From Octopus vulgaris (Eukaryota): a stretch of 64,000 nt of DNA. The translations under genes and the position numbers were made by a program. The first letter of the stretch is position 1. The number at the start of each line of letters is the position of its first letter. The stretch is taken from assembly GCA_951406725.2 (NCBI GenBank), contig OX597829.1:44206001-44270000 (forward strand), in the 5' to 3' direction. Below the pieces are notes generated by a model. It was not told where the DNA came from and made no database searches. It saw only the letters and a list, made by a program, of their open reading frames with translations. Below are positions 37,094 to 50,966 of this stretch, in pieces.

Positions 37094-37401
37094 TAGTTGC
37101 TTCTACGATATTGTGATGAGTGAAACCGCGAATTATATAGATTCCGGTATTTTCACTGGTGCAAGTTTTATTATTTTTAGTTGTTTTTTTTTTTTTACTA
37201 TTCTTGGAAGGACGAAAAGAAGCGACGACCTCGACAGGATTTGAACTCAGAACTATAACAGGGGAGAATTAGTAAATACCACTTGACATTTCATCACTGT
37301 TTACGTGATTCTACTCGCACGACGTCCTAATCTTATGTGTAGTGATAATAATGATAAGATGCTAAATTTCACCAACAACATAAAGGAAGTTTTTAATCGA
37401 A

Positions 37402-37402
<1 letters not shown>

Positions 37403-37449
<47 letters not shown>

Positions 37450-37456
37450 CACCACC

Positions 37457-37514
<58 letters not shown>

Positions 37515-37533
37515 ATAATAATACTGCTGCTGC

Positions 37534-37565
<32 letters not shown>

Positions 37566-37654
37566 GCCGCTGCTGCTGCTCTGCTGCTGCTGCTACTGCT
37601 GCTACTACTACTACTACTACTACTGCTGCTGCTGCGCTACTAGCTGCTGCTGCA

Positions 37655-37705
<51 letters not shown>

Positions 37706-37725
37706 ACTGCTACTACTACTAGCTG

Positions 37726-37782
<57 letters not shown>

Positions 37783-38144
37783 CTGCTGCTACTGCTGCTG
37801 CTGCTGCTACTACTACTACTACTACTACTACTTCCACCACCATCACAGTGCTGCTACTGGTACTGCTACTATCTTACTGCTACTACACTTACCATCCATT
37901 ACTTCTACTACTGCAACAACTGGCACTACTACTACTACTACTACTTCCACCACCATCACACCCACCACCACTACTACTACTATTATTACTATTATTATTA
38001 CTGCCACTACTTCTGCTGCTGCTACTACTACTACTACTACTACTACTATTACTGCTACTCTTACTACTACTACTACTACTACTACTGCTACTGCTACTAC
38101 TACTACTACTACTACAACTACTACTGCTGCTGCTACTACTACTA

Positions 38145-38211
<67 letters not shown>

Positions 38212-38296
38212 TATTACTACTACTACTGCTGCTACTGCTACTACTACTGCTACTACTACTACTACTACTACTACTGCTACTACTACTACTACTACT
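37403..38296. repeat. Compound (CTA/CTG/CCA)n trinucleotide array
   Basis: Direct inspection. Confidence 0.95.
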
Positions 38297-38960
38297 CAAA
38301 TAAAAATTTTTTTTTTAAATGTCTCCACAAGAACCTTGAATTAAAATAATCTCCAGTCCAGTTATTTGCTGGCTGTCACTTATACTTTAAGCGTCTTATC
38401 GTTAGGAGGAAAAAATTGGTACTACCAAAAACCCAGCGTCTTTTATTACTGCGGTTGACACCTCTAGGTCAAGGATCGATAAATAGATAAACATTTCAGA
38501 TAGTGTCAAAGTTGTTCGGAATGGTAAATGCTAAATTGATAAAACATGTCAATTATGATTTCTTCATGCGGCAACCACTGACATGAATAGTTAGTTCTTC
38601 CATCTACAAGGGTTTTATATATATATTTTTAAAACTTTTTTTCTTGTTCCGTTTTCTTTTTTTAATTTTTTTTTTTTTTTTTGGTTTCTTTGTCTCTTAA
38701 ATACTCTTTAAATTAATTAATGACTTTTAAATTTACGTGCGATGATTCTGCAACAAAAAAATAAAATAAAATAAAAGTAAAAAAAAGAAAAGAAAAAGGA
38801 AACGTCATCAGAATCAGTGCACATACACCCTTATGTAAGAAGAAATACGTGCGCACCCCATTCACGCTTTCACGTGCGCGCAGACGCGCAGGCGCGCGCA
38901 CATACGTACACGCATTCACTTATATGTAGACGTGTTCAAGTACACATGTATCCAAAGATA

Positions 38961-39341
38961 GGAGCACTCCGTCGGTTACGACGATGAGGGTCCCAGCTGA
39001 TACGATCAACGGAACAGCTTGCTCGTGAAATTAACGTGCAAGTGGCTGAGCATTCCACAGATACGTGTACCCTTAACGTAGCTCTCAGGGAGATTCAGCG
39101 TGGCAGAGAGTGTGACAAGGCTGGCCCTTTGGAATACAGGTACAACAGAAACAGGAAGAAAGAGTGAGAGAAAGTCGTGGTGAAAGAGTACAGCAGGGAT
39201 CACCACCATCCCCTGCCGGAGCCTCGTGGAGCTTTAGGTGTTTTCGCTCAATAAACACTCACAATGCCCGGTCTGGGAATCGAAACCGCGATCCTACGAC
39301 CGCGAGTCCGCTGCCCTAACCACTGGGCCATTGCGCCTCCA
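38961..39341 (-). mobile_element. SINE A1
   Basis: TSD atccaaagata on both sides. Confidence 0.9.
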
Positions 39342-40290
39342 CATCCAAAGATACTTACTCGTGGAAACACAGAGAGAGGAGAGCTAGTGCTTGTATGCAT
39401 TGTGTGTGTACGTGTGTATGTGTATGGAAGAGAGAGAGAGAGAGAGAGAGCGAGAGCGCGAGAAATAAATTGAGTTAGCGAGGAAGAGAGGGGGAGAGAA
39501 AGAAAGAGAGAGTGTGAGTGAGAAAGAGGAAGCGAGCAAGCGAGAGGGAGCAAGAGAGAGGAAGAGAGTGAGAAGGAGCGAAAGAGATAGATGGAGAGAG
39601 AGAAAGAGAGAAAGAGAGAGAGAGAGGAGACAAAAACAAACAGAGAGGGAGTGATGGATCCCCCGTCGCTTTCGACGATGAGTGTTTCAGTTATCCGATC
39701 ATGTGAATTGCTTATAGAGTATCATATAAGTACCTGAGTATATTCTACGAGCAAGTGTATCCCTTAGCATAAAGTCGTAGTATGTAATATGCCAGGTCTC
39801 TGATGCAATTTATCTGATGAGATTCTATGCATTCTCCTATCTACCCAGTTTTGTTCATTAATCCTCAACCGTAACAGTTTGGCAGAATCAGCGGGACACA
39901 AAATTGAGCAATGCCGGTCTTTTGAATACCACCAGGTACAGGATATCAGACCGGCCTCTGAAACAGTTTTCGCCTAAACGATTTGTCATACAATGTTTGC
40001 ATCGACCTGATGCTTCGCGAAGTGGAATCGAAACTGAAGATGTCATAACGGACGCAATATTTTTGGCTATTCCACTATCTCTGAGGCCTTAACACAACCC
40101 AGAAATGCAACATAGTCTCTCAAATAGTCGGTATCCTTTACGCCAGTAATCCAACATCCAAATCGATGTAGTGGCATTACAATGTAGCCGACTAAGGGAT
40201 AAAATATCCGCATTTACTATCGGTTTCTTCTCTAGGCTATGTTTTCTTTTTTCTTCTCTCTTTTGTTTATTTTCTGGATGCTTTTGTATT

Positions 40291-40407
40291 CAGTCTGATG
40301 AAGCTCCATGTTCTGGTTCGAATATCCTATGGAGATGAAAAATATTAATTTCGCAATTCTTCCGTAGGCACTGACTGACGTCGGAAGCAGAAACGGCCGT
40401 AAGAATT
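40291..40407 (+). ncRNA. Decayed hammerhead-like motif with an expanded loop II in a Penelope-type fragment
   Basis: CTGATGA-a-GCTCC ...~75 nt... GGAAGC-a-GAA-ACGGCCGT-A; palindromic helix III; helix I poorly paired. Confidence 0.45.
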
Positions 40408-40539
40408 GTTATGTCATGTTTATTTATTAAATAATAAGCTTTAGATGTAGTCCAATTCCTTTGCTTGTTGATCTATGGTTTTCTCTATTTTCTGATTATT
40501 TAAATTTTTACATCTATATATATATATGCAGCACGAAGC

Positions 40540-40590
40540 TTTGTCAGTGAACAGGTCGCGGTCTCAAAGCGACGAAAATATTTTGACAAA
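40540..40590 (+). ncRNA. Minimal type I hammerhead ribozyme variant (G3:C8 core) in a family G element (40526-40670)
   Basis: TTTGTCA-GTGAACA-G-GTCGC ggtctcaaa GCGAC-GAA-AATATT-T-TGACAAA; stems identical to the 34581 copy, loop II differs. Confidence 0.75.
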
Positions 40591-40668
40591 TTAAATTTAA
40601 ATGTTGAAGTGAATCTAACGGCTTTTGTGTGTTTCTTAAATGCCTTAAAACACCTTCCACGCTGCAAT

Positions 40669-40742
<74 letters not shown>

Positions 40743-40767
40743 GTGTGTCTGCGCGCATGTGTGTGTG

Positions 40768-40816
<49 letters not shown>

Positions 40817-40829
40817 ATATGTATATATG

Positions 40830-41180
40830 TTAGTTAGTTAGTTAATTTTTTGGCTCAAAAGCAAAAAGCAAGGCCATGTAGGGGGACATGGAGTTAAGTA
40901 CAGGGTGGTGTTCATGTAAAGAGTTCAGGCCACTTGAGGTCAAGGGAGACTTTGAACAAAGCGGTCGTCGGCATCTTCACCATCTCGTCTGGCAGCTTGC
41001 TCCACGGATCCGCAACCTGGACGAAGAAAGCTCCTCTCCTTCGATTGAGATGAAATCGTCACAGGTAGAGCTTTTCGGAATGACCCCGCAACCGACGCTC
41101 TGGAGCAGGAGTGAAGAACAGCTCTTTCGAGAGGTTACAATTTCCGCTTATGATGTTGTGAGCAAGAATGAGATCACAAA
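40830..41180 (-). mobile_element. CR1-type LINE 3' end with (TAAC)n tail
   Basis: RLRGHSEKL...RRGAFFVQVADPWSKLPDEMVKMPTTALFKVSLD, a CR1 ORF2 C-terminus. Confidence 0.85.
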
Positions 41181-41242
41181 TGCGGCGGCGTTTTTCTAGA
41201 GAATAAAGGTGTATATATATATGTGTTTGTGTGTATGTATAA

Positions 41243-41282
<40 letters not shown>

Positions 41283-41999
41283 ATGTATATATGTATATAT
41301 GTATGTAGAGATTGTTAAGCGTATGTGTGTATACTTTAAGGTTATACGTATATTTGTGAGTATGTGTGTCTATATGATTGCGTGTACTTGTATATATGTA
41401 TAAGGTTATATGTCTATATATGTGACGTTGTATCCATTCACCGTTAGACAGTGGTGAGAGGGACAAACGCACACACACACACACACACATATATATGTGT
41501 GTGTGTGTCTATATAAATGTATATGCGTGTATATATATATATATATATACAACCTTCAAGAAGGTAACAGTCATGTATACAACTTGAACTGACAAATACC
41601 ATTACATAAACATACGTTCACGTGTACATACACATGTACACACACACAGACACACTCTCCTAAATACTCACATACAGTCGTAAGTACATAAGTACATACA
41701 TACATGCGTATAGGCATGCACACATGCATGCGCACATACATGTACACACATACATACACACGCACATACATACATACACACATACATACATACATACGCA
41801 CATACATACATACATACACACATACATACATACATACATACACACACATACATACATACATACATACACTACACACATACATGCAAACATGCATACATGT
41901 ACACACATACATACATACATACATACATACATACATACACTCACACATACATAGGTACATACGTACATATATATCATGAACTAACTGTTACTTTCTCAG

Positions 42000-42120
42000 A
42001 TGCAGCACGAAGTTTTGACAAATTAAATTTTGACAAATTAAATTTAAATGTTGAAGTGAATCTAACGGTTTTTTGTGTGTTCTTAAATGGCTTGTAAACA
42101 TCTTCCACACTGCAATTGTT
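42000..42120 (+). mobile_element. Family G element with the hammerhead deleted
   Basis: atgcagcacgaagt joins directly to tttgacaaattaaa; the rest matches 40584-40670. Confidence 0.8.
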
Positions 42121-42128
42121 TATATATT

Positions 42129-42215
<87 letters not shown>

Positions 42216-42361
42216 TTAAGTATGTATTTATGTATGTATGTATGTATGTATGTATGTATGTATGTATGTATATATATATATATATGTATATATGTATATA
42301 CATACACCATAAACCAGAACACGCAAGCGTTAATATATATATAAATATATATATATATATA

Positions 42362-42871
42362 TGGTGGCTGCCCCCTCGTTATCGAGTATAGTCATTGCAC
42401 GAAGCTTAATCAATGTTGTTATCATGCAATGCCTGTGCAGGAAAATTTTTTTCAAAGTGAGGAAAGGCTGTGCACTGAGTCAATCCCACTCACTAAGCAA
42501 CAGCAGCCATAATTCGAAAAGAAGAACGAGTCAACATCATCGGTAACCACTGAGCCGCAGGTTTTATGTATGAGTTATTCCAGTTACCTGAGTTACCTTC
42601 TCCTAGAAGGATGCCCTAACAAAGGATAGGAGTCCTTCACACCCAATGGTTTAACCGCGCGATCGAGTATTCAGTCCGATTATTTCTATGTCCCCGCGCA
42701 TGATACAGCCTTAAGCCATTTATTGGATGGCCGTTGACTCTCAAGAGTTCCTCCGCCCTTTGACGGGTTTTGTTTTTCATCCCGCAGGGTGTCCAATAAA
42801 CACCCTCCCCACCAAGACCCCACCAAGCAAGCTTGGTGGGGTTGCCGGTTTAGTCGCCGACGACTCGACCA
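42362..42871 (-). mobile_element. Non-coding ~510-bp element between (TA)n tracts, probably a non-autonomous RTE derivative
   Basis: Motifs ccttctcctagaaggatgccc and ggttgccggtttagtcgccg resemble RTE 5' UTRs (recalled similarity, unverified); strong hairpin ccccaccaagc-aa-gcttggtgggg. Confidence 0.45.
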
Positions 42872-42926
42872 TACATATATATATATATATATATATATAC
42901 ACACGCATATATATATACATACACAT

Positions 42927-42979
<53 letters not shown>

Positions 42980-43004
42980 TATACACACACATACATATAT
43001 TCTC

Positions 43005-43228
43005 TTTACTCTTTTACTCTTTTACTTGTTTGTCATTTGACTGCGGCCATGCTGGAGCACCGCCTTTAATCCAGCAACTCGACCCCGGGACTTATTGTTT
43101 TGTAAGCCCGGTACTTATTCTGTCGGTCTCTTTTGCCGAACCGCTAAGTAACGGGAACATAAACACACCAGCATCGGTTGTCAAGCAATGCTAGGGGGAC
43201 AAACACAGATACACAAACACACACACGC

Positions 43229-43277
<49 letters not shown>

Positions 43278-43460
43278 TAGGACGAGCTTCTTTCAGTTTC
43301 CGTCAACCAAATCCACTCACAAGGCATTGGTCGGCCCGAGGTTATAGCAGAAGACACTTGCCCAAGGTGCCACGCAGTGGGACTGAACCCGGAACCATGT
43401 GGTTGATAAGCAAGCCACTTACCGCACAGCCACTCCTGCTCCTATATAGCCACTCCTGCG
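43005..43460 (-). mobile_element. SINE C, full length
   Basis: Reverse complement of the C consensus with internal (TA)n(CA)n. Confidence 0.9.
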
Positions 43461-43461
43461 C

Positions 43462-43507
<46 letters not shown>

Positions 43508-44387
43508 ATATGCATATTTATATATTTACGTATTTATGCAGGAGCTGTTATCCAACAGGAAATATCATCCAATACAGCGAGTCCACTCAATCGATTTGCA
43601 CCTTGGATTGCAGGCGAAATTGATACCCGCTATTTGATTGGACGACTCTGTTGTTTGGTTCACGTCTGCTGGTGTCATGTCATCTATAACATACAGCTGT
43701 AGATAACATGACAGAAATCATACAGTAAGTTTTACACAATTACAACATTGAGAAATTGTGCAGTGAAGCAAGTTTCTTTAATCATATTAAATAAAATTTC
43801 TGTAGCAACCCATAGTGTCTTTAGGGGACAAATGTGTTAGATCAAAAAGATTTCATCTTCAAACAAAACATTAATGAGAAATTATCGGTGAAACAAATTT
43901 CACGCTATATTCGACGTCGAAAAAATGTCTAGAGGAAATGCCCATGGATGCCCTCTGCATCAACACTTAATAGTAAAAGTGAATGCTAGAATTTTTGATG
44001 TAAGTAACTAAGAAATATTAATGAAAGTTACTCCTATTAAAAAATTAGTTAATATGTTAGATGACTAAATATGGTGAAAAGAAACAAGGAGAGACAAAAT
44101 TTTTTATCGAAATTAATATAATCTAATTAAGCTTCACTTTTATTAGGAAAGAATGATTCCTCAAAAGGAACAATAGAAAAAAAAATGTTTTTGGTAAACG
44201 CTTTAAGCTAATCGATTGCCGTATGAAAACGTAATAGTACGGTTATATCAAGTGCTTGATGGCCGCAATAACAACAACAAAAAACAACAAGAAAAAAAAA
44301 ACATACAATCTCTTTGGTCATATCAGAAGCATTAACCTTTTGTAACATGCTGACAACTCCAGCAGACAAGATTTTTGGAACCTGAAC

Positions 44388-44950
<563 letters not shown>

Positions 44951-45459
44951 AGTAGAACAGAAATGTTGTCAGGAAGCTAAGATGGACAACAATTTAAAAA
45001 GCAAAACAAAAAAAAAAAAGATGACTCCAACATATGTTCCTTATTATTAAAACAAATAAATTCAAACGTTTGATAAGTGAGGCGTAATTAAAATATTGAA
45101 GATGATAAAAAAAAATCCCCAAAATGAAAAAAACAAAAAAACAAAATAAACATGCTAAAAAAAAAAAAAGAAATCATCCTTCGTTGTAAAAAGACGAAGA
45201 AAAGGGGAAAAAAATATAAAGAAGAAGAAGCATGGAGAAGCAGGGAGAAGAGCGCAAAAAGAAAGGGAGACAAGAAAACAAAGCAGAGATTTATCAAAGT
45301 GAAGTTTGGTCTTGCTTTCATTTTGAACATGCATACATGAAAACATTAGATTTCATTCAAATGTATACGGATTCGTGGACACAGAAATTTATGCTATGTT
45401 AGTAAATTTACTCTCTCTCCCTCTATCTTTCTACCTCTCCCTTTTCCTCCTTCTATCTA

Positions 45460-45496
<37 letters not shown>

Positions 45497-45658
45497 TACA
45501 CACATACACACACATACGGATAGTACATACTCACGCGTACGTATGAAGCGATTTAAAACAAATTTACTCCTTTGTTGCTCTTTGTTTTTGTTTTTTGTGA
45601 TATTGTTGTTGTTATAATCATCATCATTGTCGTCAGCGTCGTCATCATCATTATCGTT

Positions 45659-45692
<34 letters not shown>

Positions 45693-45915
45693 CCTTTTCT
45701 TCACCTGCTTGCATATGTACATGTTTTAGGCGATGGCGATTGCACTATAATTCACGCGTTATATATATATATATGCACACACATTCTCTCACTTAAACCA
45801 CGCATGCAATTATATTAAATGAGTGTGAAAGTACAAATATCGACAGGCGCACGCACGTATACACGCATCCACAAACATGGATATAGACAGATGCATATAC
45901 ACATACATACATGCA

Positions 45916-45980
<65 letters not shown>

Positions 45981-45984
45981 TTCA

Positions 45985-46170
45985 ATCTATCTATTCTAAC
46001 TATCAATCTCTTTCTCTTGTTGGCGATTTTCTTTCTCCGTCTTCCTTTCTTTGGACATTTTCTATATTCCTGATGAAGAGCTCTGCTCGAAACATGAAAT
46101 CCTCTTTCTTTCCTTTCCTTTCCTGAGCGTCCAATAACACTCAACTTATTCCATATCCTCGTGTTGCAGA
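45985..46170 (+). mobile_element. Penelope-type repeat with a canonical-core but decayed hammerhead
   Basis: CTGATGA-a-GAGC tct GCTC-GAAA-CAT-g at 46070-46096; shares ttcctgagcgt downstream with the 21605 copy. Confidence 0.6.
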
Positions 46171-46454
46171 ATTTTAAAATATTTCCTTAAAGAATTAGAT
46201 TCGTTTATTCGCAATTTATTGACAGAAATTAATGTATCGACAAATGACTGATAGAATAAAATGTATTTCATCCTCCTCCTCCTCCTCCCCCTCATCCTCC
46301 TACTCCTCTTCCTATTCTGCCTTATCATAATCGTCATCATCATCATCATCCTCATCATTATCGTCGTCGTCATCATTATCATCATCATAGTCATCATCAT
46401 CACCAACACCACCACCACCACCACCACCACCACCACCACCATCATCATCACCAT

Positions 46455-46612
46455 CATTTAACGTCCGTTTTCCATGCTGGCATGAGTTGGTTTTAAAGGA
46501 GCTGGTAAACCAGAATAAAGACAATGCCAAGCTCTATTCACTTCGCATAGGTGCCCTTCCTAACGCCGACCATTTTGCAGATTGCAGTAGGGGCTTTTTT
46601 TCGTGGTACCAG
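46455..46612 (-). mobile_element. Retroposon 3' fragment with (GAT)n tail
   Basis: catttaacgtccgttttccatgctggcatg directly abuts an (ATC)n array; single copy in the window. Confidence 0.4.
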
Positions 46613-46708
46613 TAAAAAAATTAACCGCTGACTGAAGCTTTGTTTGTTAATTTGTGTATTTTGGGTGTGGTTGGTTTCTTGGTTGGTACGTTGGTTGATA
46701 GATTGATT

Positions 46709-47175
46709 GGGCTCCTACACTCACGAGGCCCCTAATATTTATTTATTGACAGCAAGCCCCAGCATACATAGATCAGAAATAGGCCCCTACACTCAAGAGA
46801 TCCCTGGGCAGATCACTGCATTGGGCCCTATAGCATTTATTTATTGACAGCAAGCCCCAGCATACATAGATCAGAACTGGGCCCTTTCACTCATGAAATT
46901 CCTTTGTAACCCACTGCTCTGGGCCCTTTAATATTTATAGGCCCTTACACTCTTGAGGTCCCTTGGCAACCTACTGCACTGGGCCCTTTAATATTTATTT
47001 ATTGACAGCATGCCACAGCAAACATAGATCGGAGCTAGCTCCTTACACTCATGAGGGCCCTTGGCAACCCACTGCACTGGGGCCTTTAATATTTATTTAT
47101 TGACAGCAAGCCCCAGTATATATCGATCAATATTGGGACCCTACACTCATGAGGTCCCTGGACAACCCACTGCAC
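46709..47175. repeat. Minisatellite, ~97-bp unit, about 5 degenerate copies
   Basis: Recurring ggcccctacactc...cactgcactgggccc...atttattgacagcaagccccagcatacatagatc at 46709, 46782, 46879, 46940, 47037 and 47136. Confidence 0.85.
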
Positions 47176-47517
47176 ATGTATCAGAATTTGTCTTCTAAAC
47201 ATATCTGGCTCCTGGGCTACGGCCTAGCGTGCCCATGCCTTTAGGCAGAGGGTGGGAATGCCTACTGGAACTATTAAAATATGGAAGCAATCTTCATCGA
47301 TATCGATTCAAACAGTCTTGTAGAGATATTGCTTGCAAAGATGATTATTACAAAACACCAGCTTGACTCCTCGGTATTTATTTCTTTTAATTTCACCCCA
47401 ATCCCGCTTCTTTTGCCATTCATTTCGTATCCGTTTCTCTTTGAGGGACAAAGTTTTCCCTTTATTGCCGTTTCCGTATTTCTTCTTTTTCCTGCTTCCC
47501 TTTCCCCGTAACTTTCG

Positions 47518-47566
<49 letters not shown>

Positions 47567-47676
47567 ACACACACATACACGCAAAAACACACTACACACA
47601 CACACACATAAACACAAACACACACACACGCAAAACACACTCTACACACACACACACACACGCGCGCACACACACC

Positions 47677-47709
<33 letters not shown>

Positions 47710-47788
47710 TAAACACACACACACACACACATACACACTACACACGCACACACACACACGCAAAACACACTCTACACACACACACACA

Positions 47789-47820
<32 letters not shown>

Positions 47821-47999
47821 TGCTACCACTCAGAAAATGACACGCCCAAACAATTACTCAAAATTTATTTCACTCTTCAAGTCATTTGATCAGTCACATT
47901 TTTTTCACTTCCTTGAAATCATCTCACCCTTTTAATCCTTTCTATGTCCCCTCTCTATTTCTCCTCTCTTTTTCTGTCTGTCTATCTATCTGTGTGTCC

Positions 48000-48047
<48 letters not shown>

Positions 48048-48139
48048 CTCTCCTTCTCCCGCGCTCATACGTACCCACACATGTATGTACGTACGTATCG
48101 ATGTAAGTACTAAAACCGGTACAAGTGTACCGATACTCA

Positions 48140-48613
48140 TGTATTTATGTACTCATGCATGTGCGTATGTATGTATGTATTGATCAGACCGTGTATGTAC
48201 GTATGTATGTATGTATGCATGTATGTATGTATGTATGTATGTATGTATGTATGTATGTATGTATGTATGTATGTATGTATTATGTATGCATACGTGCATA
48301 GATTTATGTATGTATGTATGTATTTGTGAATGGATGGATATGTATATATGCATGCATGAATGTATGTATGAATGAAAGTATGCTTGTATGCATGTATGTA
48401 TGAATGTATGCCTGAATGTATATATGTATGCATGTATATATCTATGGATGGATGGATGTATACATGTATGTATGTATGTATGTATGTATGCATGTATGCA
48501 TGTATGCATGCGTGTATACATGCATGTATGTATGTAAGTACGTATGTATGTATGCACGAATGTATGTATGCATATATGAATGTATGCGTGTTTGTATGAT
48601 GTATGTATGTATG

Positions 48614-48646
<33 letters not shown>

Positions 48647-49375
48647 GTGTGTGTATGTATGCATGCATGTATGGATGTATGTATTATGTATGTATGTATG
48701 TATGTACGTATGTATGTATACGTGCAGATTTGTAAGTTTTTGTTTTATGTATGTATTCTTATGCATATACTTTCATATCAAGACATGCTATGTATGTATG
48801 TATGTATGTATGTATGTATGTATGTATGTATGTATGTATGTATGTATGTATGTATGTATGTATGTATGTATGTATGTACGAATGAATGCAGGTACGTATG
48901 TATGTATGTATGTATGTATGTATGTATGCATGTATGTATGTATGTATGTATGTATGTATGTATGCATGTATGCATGTATGTATGTATGTATGTATGTACG
49001 AATGTATGTATGTATGCATGTATGTATGTATGTATGTATGTATGTATGTATGCATGTATGTATGTATGTATGTATGTATGTATGTATGTATGTATGCATG
49101 TATGTATGTATGTATGTATGTATATACGTATGTATGTATGTATGTATGTATGTATGTATGTATATACGTATGTATGTATGTATGTATGTGTGTATGTATG
49201 TATGCATGTATGTATGTATGTATTATATGCATGTATGTATGTATGCATGTATGCATGTATGCATGTATGTATGTATATACGTATGTATGTATATACGTAT
49301 GTATGTATATACGTATGTATGTATGTATGTATGTATGTATATACGTATGTATGTATGTATGTATGTATTTATGTG
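48140..49375. repeat. (TATG)n array with an embedded ~68-bp non-repetitive core
   Basis: Core at 48722-48789 recurs at 63934-64000. Confidence 0.9.
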
Positions 49376-49769
49376 TGTTTAAATGTCTACATGATTTATA
49401 CTTTTGTTTGTATGATTTCCTTGTATGATTTTTATGACGTCCAATGCATCTGTACTAGAAATGTGTCTGTTGTGAGCGCAAGACTGGGCGAAGTTTATTC
49501 TTGTGGGTGAGTAAGAGTTGGCCATGCATCAAGTCTTTCCTCATCACGTCAGTAATTTTCTTTTAAGGATACAGCAACGGATGATAGCCGACGCATCCCA
49601 TGGTACGAGAATCGTCGCAAGCGAACTCCGAACGTGAGGTGCTGGAACAAATGCCGAATGGCATTTTGTCAAACGCTTTAACAATTACGCCAGTACTCCA
49701 CCGACCTTTAAGTGTATGTGTGTGTGCGTGTTTGTGTGTGTGTGCATGTGTGTGAAAGAGAGAGAGTGA

Positions 49770-49812
<43 letters not shown>

Positions 49813-50461
49813 TGTCTGTGAGAGAGATAGTGCATGTGTGTGTGTGTGCGAGAGAGAGAGAGAGAGAGAGATAGATCGAGTGTGTGTATGTGTGTATGCA
49901 TGTGTGTGGGTATATATGTGAAAGAGAGAGAGAGTGTGTGTATGTGTGTACGTGTCTCTGTGCCTGAAAGAGAGGGAGAGCGAGAGAGAGAGATAGAGTA
50001 TGTGTGTGTCAGAGAGAGAAAGAGAGAGAGAGAGTGGGAGAGCGAGAGTGTATGTGTGTGTCAGAGAGAGAAAGATAGAAAGAGAAAGTGTGTGTGTGCG
50101 TGTGTGTATGCATGCTTGTGTGTGTATGTGTGTGCGTGTGTGTATATGTATAAGTTTCTATCTGTATACGTATATATGATTCTCTGTGTATGTTGGAAAA
50201 TATCCGATACTAATGAAAATTGGGAAGCTCAGCTAGAATTCGAGGGGTGCCGAGTTCGATTCCCATTGGGGAACTTGCTGGCTACTTTTTCCTGCCTTTC
50301 AAACGGTATTTACCCGATTATCCACTAAGCAGTCTTCACAGACTTCCTACATTTGAGCCATTCCTTTATTTTCTGCAGAATGCCGACACACACGACGATT
50401 ATAAGTTTTTTTCCTAAACAAAGTTTACAAGACTTCGGTTTCCCAGTCTCATCTCAAGAAA

Positions 50462-50606
50462 CAGACGAGATGGTGAAGATGCCGACGACCGCTTTGTTCA
50501 AAGCCTCCCTTGACCTCAAGTGGCCTGAACTCTTTACATGAACACCACCCTGTACTTAACTCCATGTCCCCCCAAATTAACTAACTAACTAACTAACTAA
50601 CTAACT
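50462..50606 (+). mobile_element. CR1-type LINE extreme 3' end
   Basis: Same family as 40830-41180 (DEMVKMPTTALFKASLDLKWPEL), with (TAAC)n tail. Confidence 0.85.
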
Positions 50607-50927
50607 CAGTTTCCGTATATTGTTTCCAAAATTTACGGAACAGGTAAGGCTGTCAAAAAATCTGAACTTCCAAGAAAATTCCATTTAATTATAAAGGATC
50701 ATTGATAAAAAAAAAAAATGTGTGGTGGGGAAACAGCATATAATAATACATTTATTGTACCTGGAAATGCTCAATGCAAACTTGTTTCGTCTCGTTATAG
50801 AGGTTGATATGAAAAATCGCCAAGACGTAATTTTAGTCAGTATTCAAAAAATGTGCGTGGAGTGTGTGTGTGTGTGTGTGTGTGGTGGGTGGGTGAGCGC
50901 GTGAGAGTGAGTGTGTATGTGTGTATG

Positions 50928-50966
<39 letters not shown>

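Noticed and set aside
42700-42871. HDV-like ribozyme at the 5' end of the RTE-like element
   Set aside because: Strong hairpins are present, but I could not build the nested double pseudoknot.
46709-47175. Possible CRISPR-like array
   Set aside because: Whole units are degenerate copies with no unique spacers, no cas genes, and the context is eukaryotic; it is a minisatellite.
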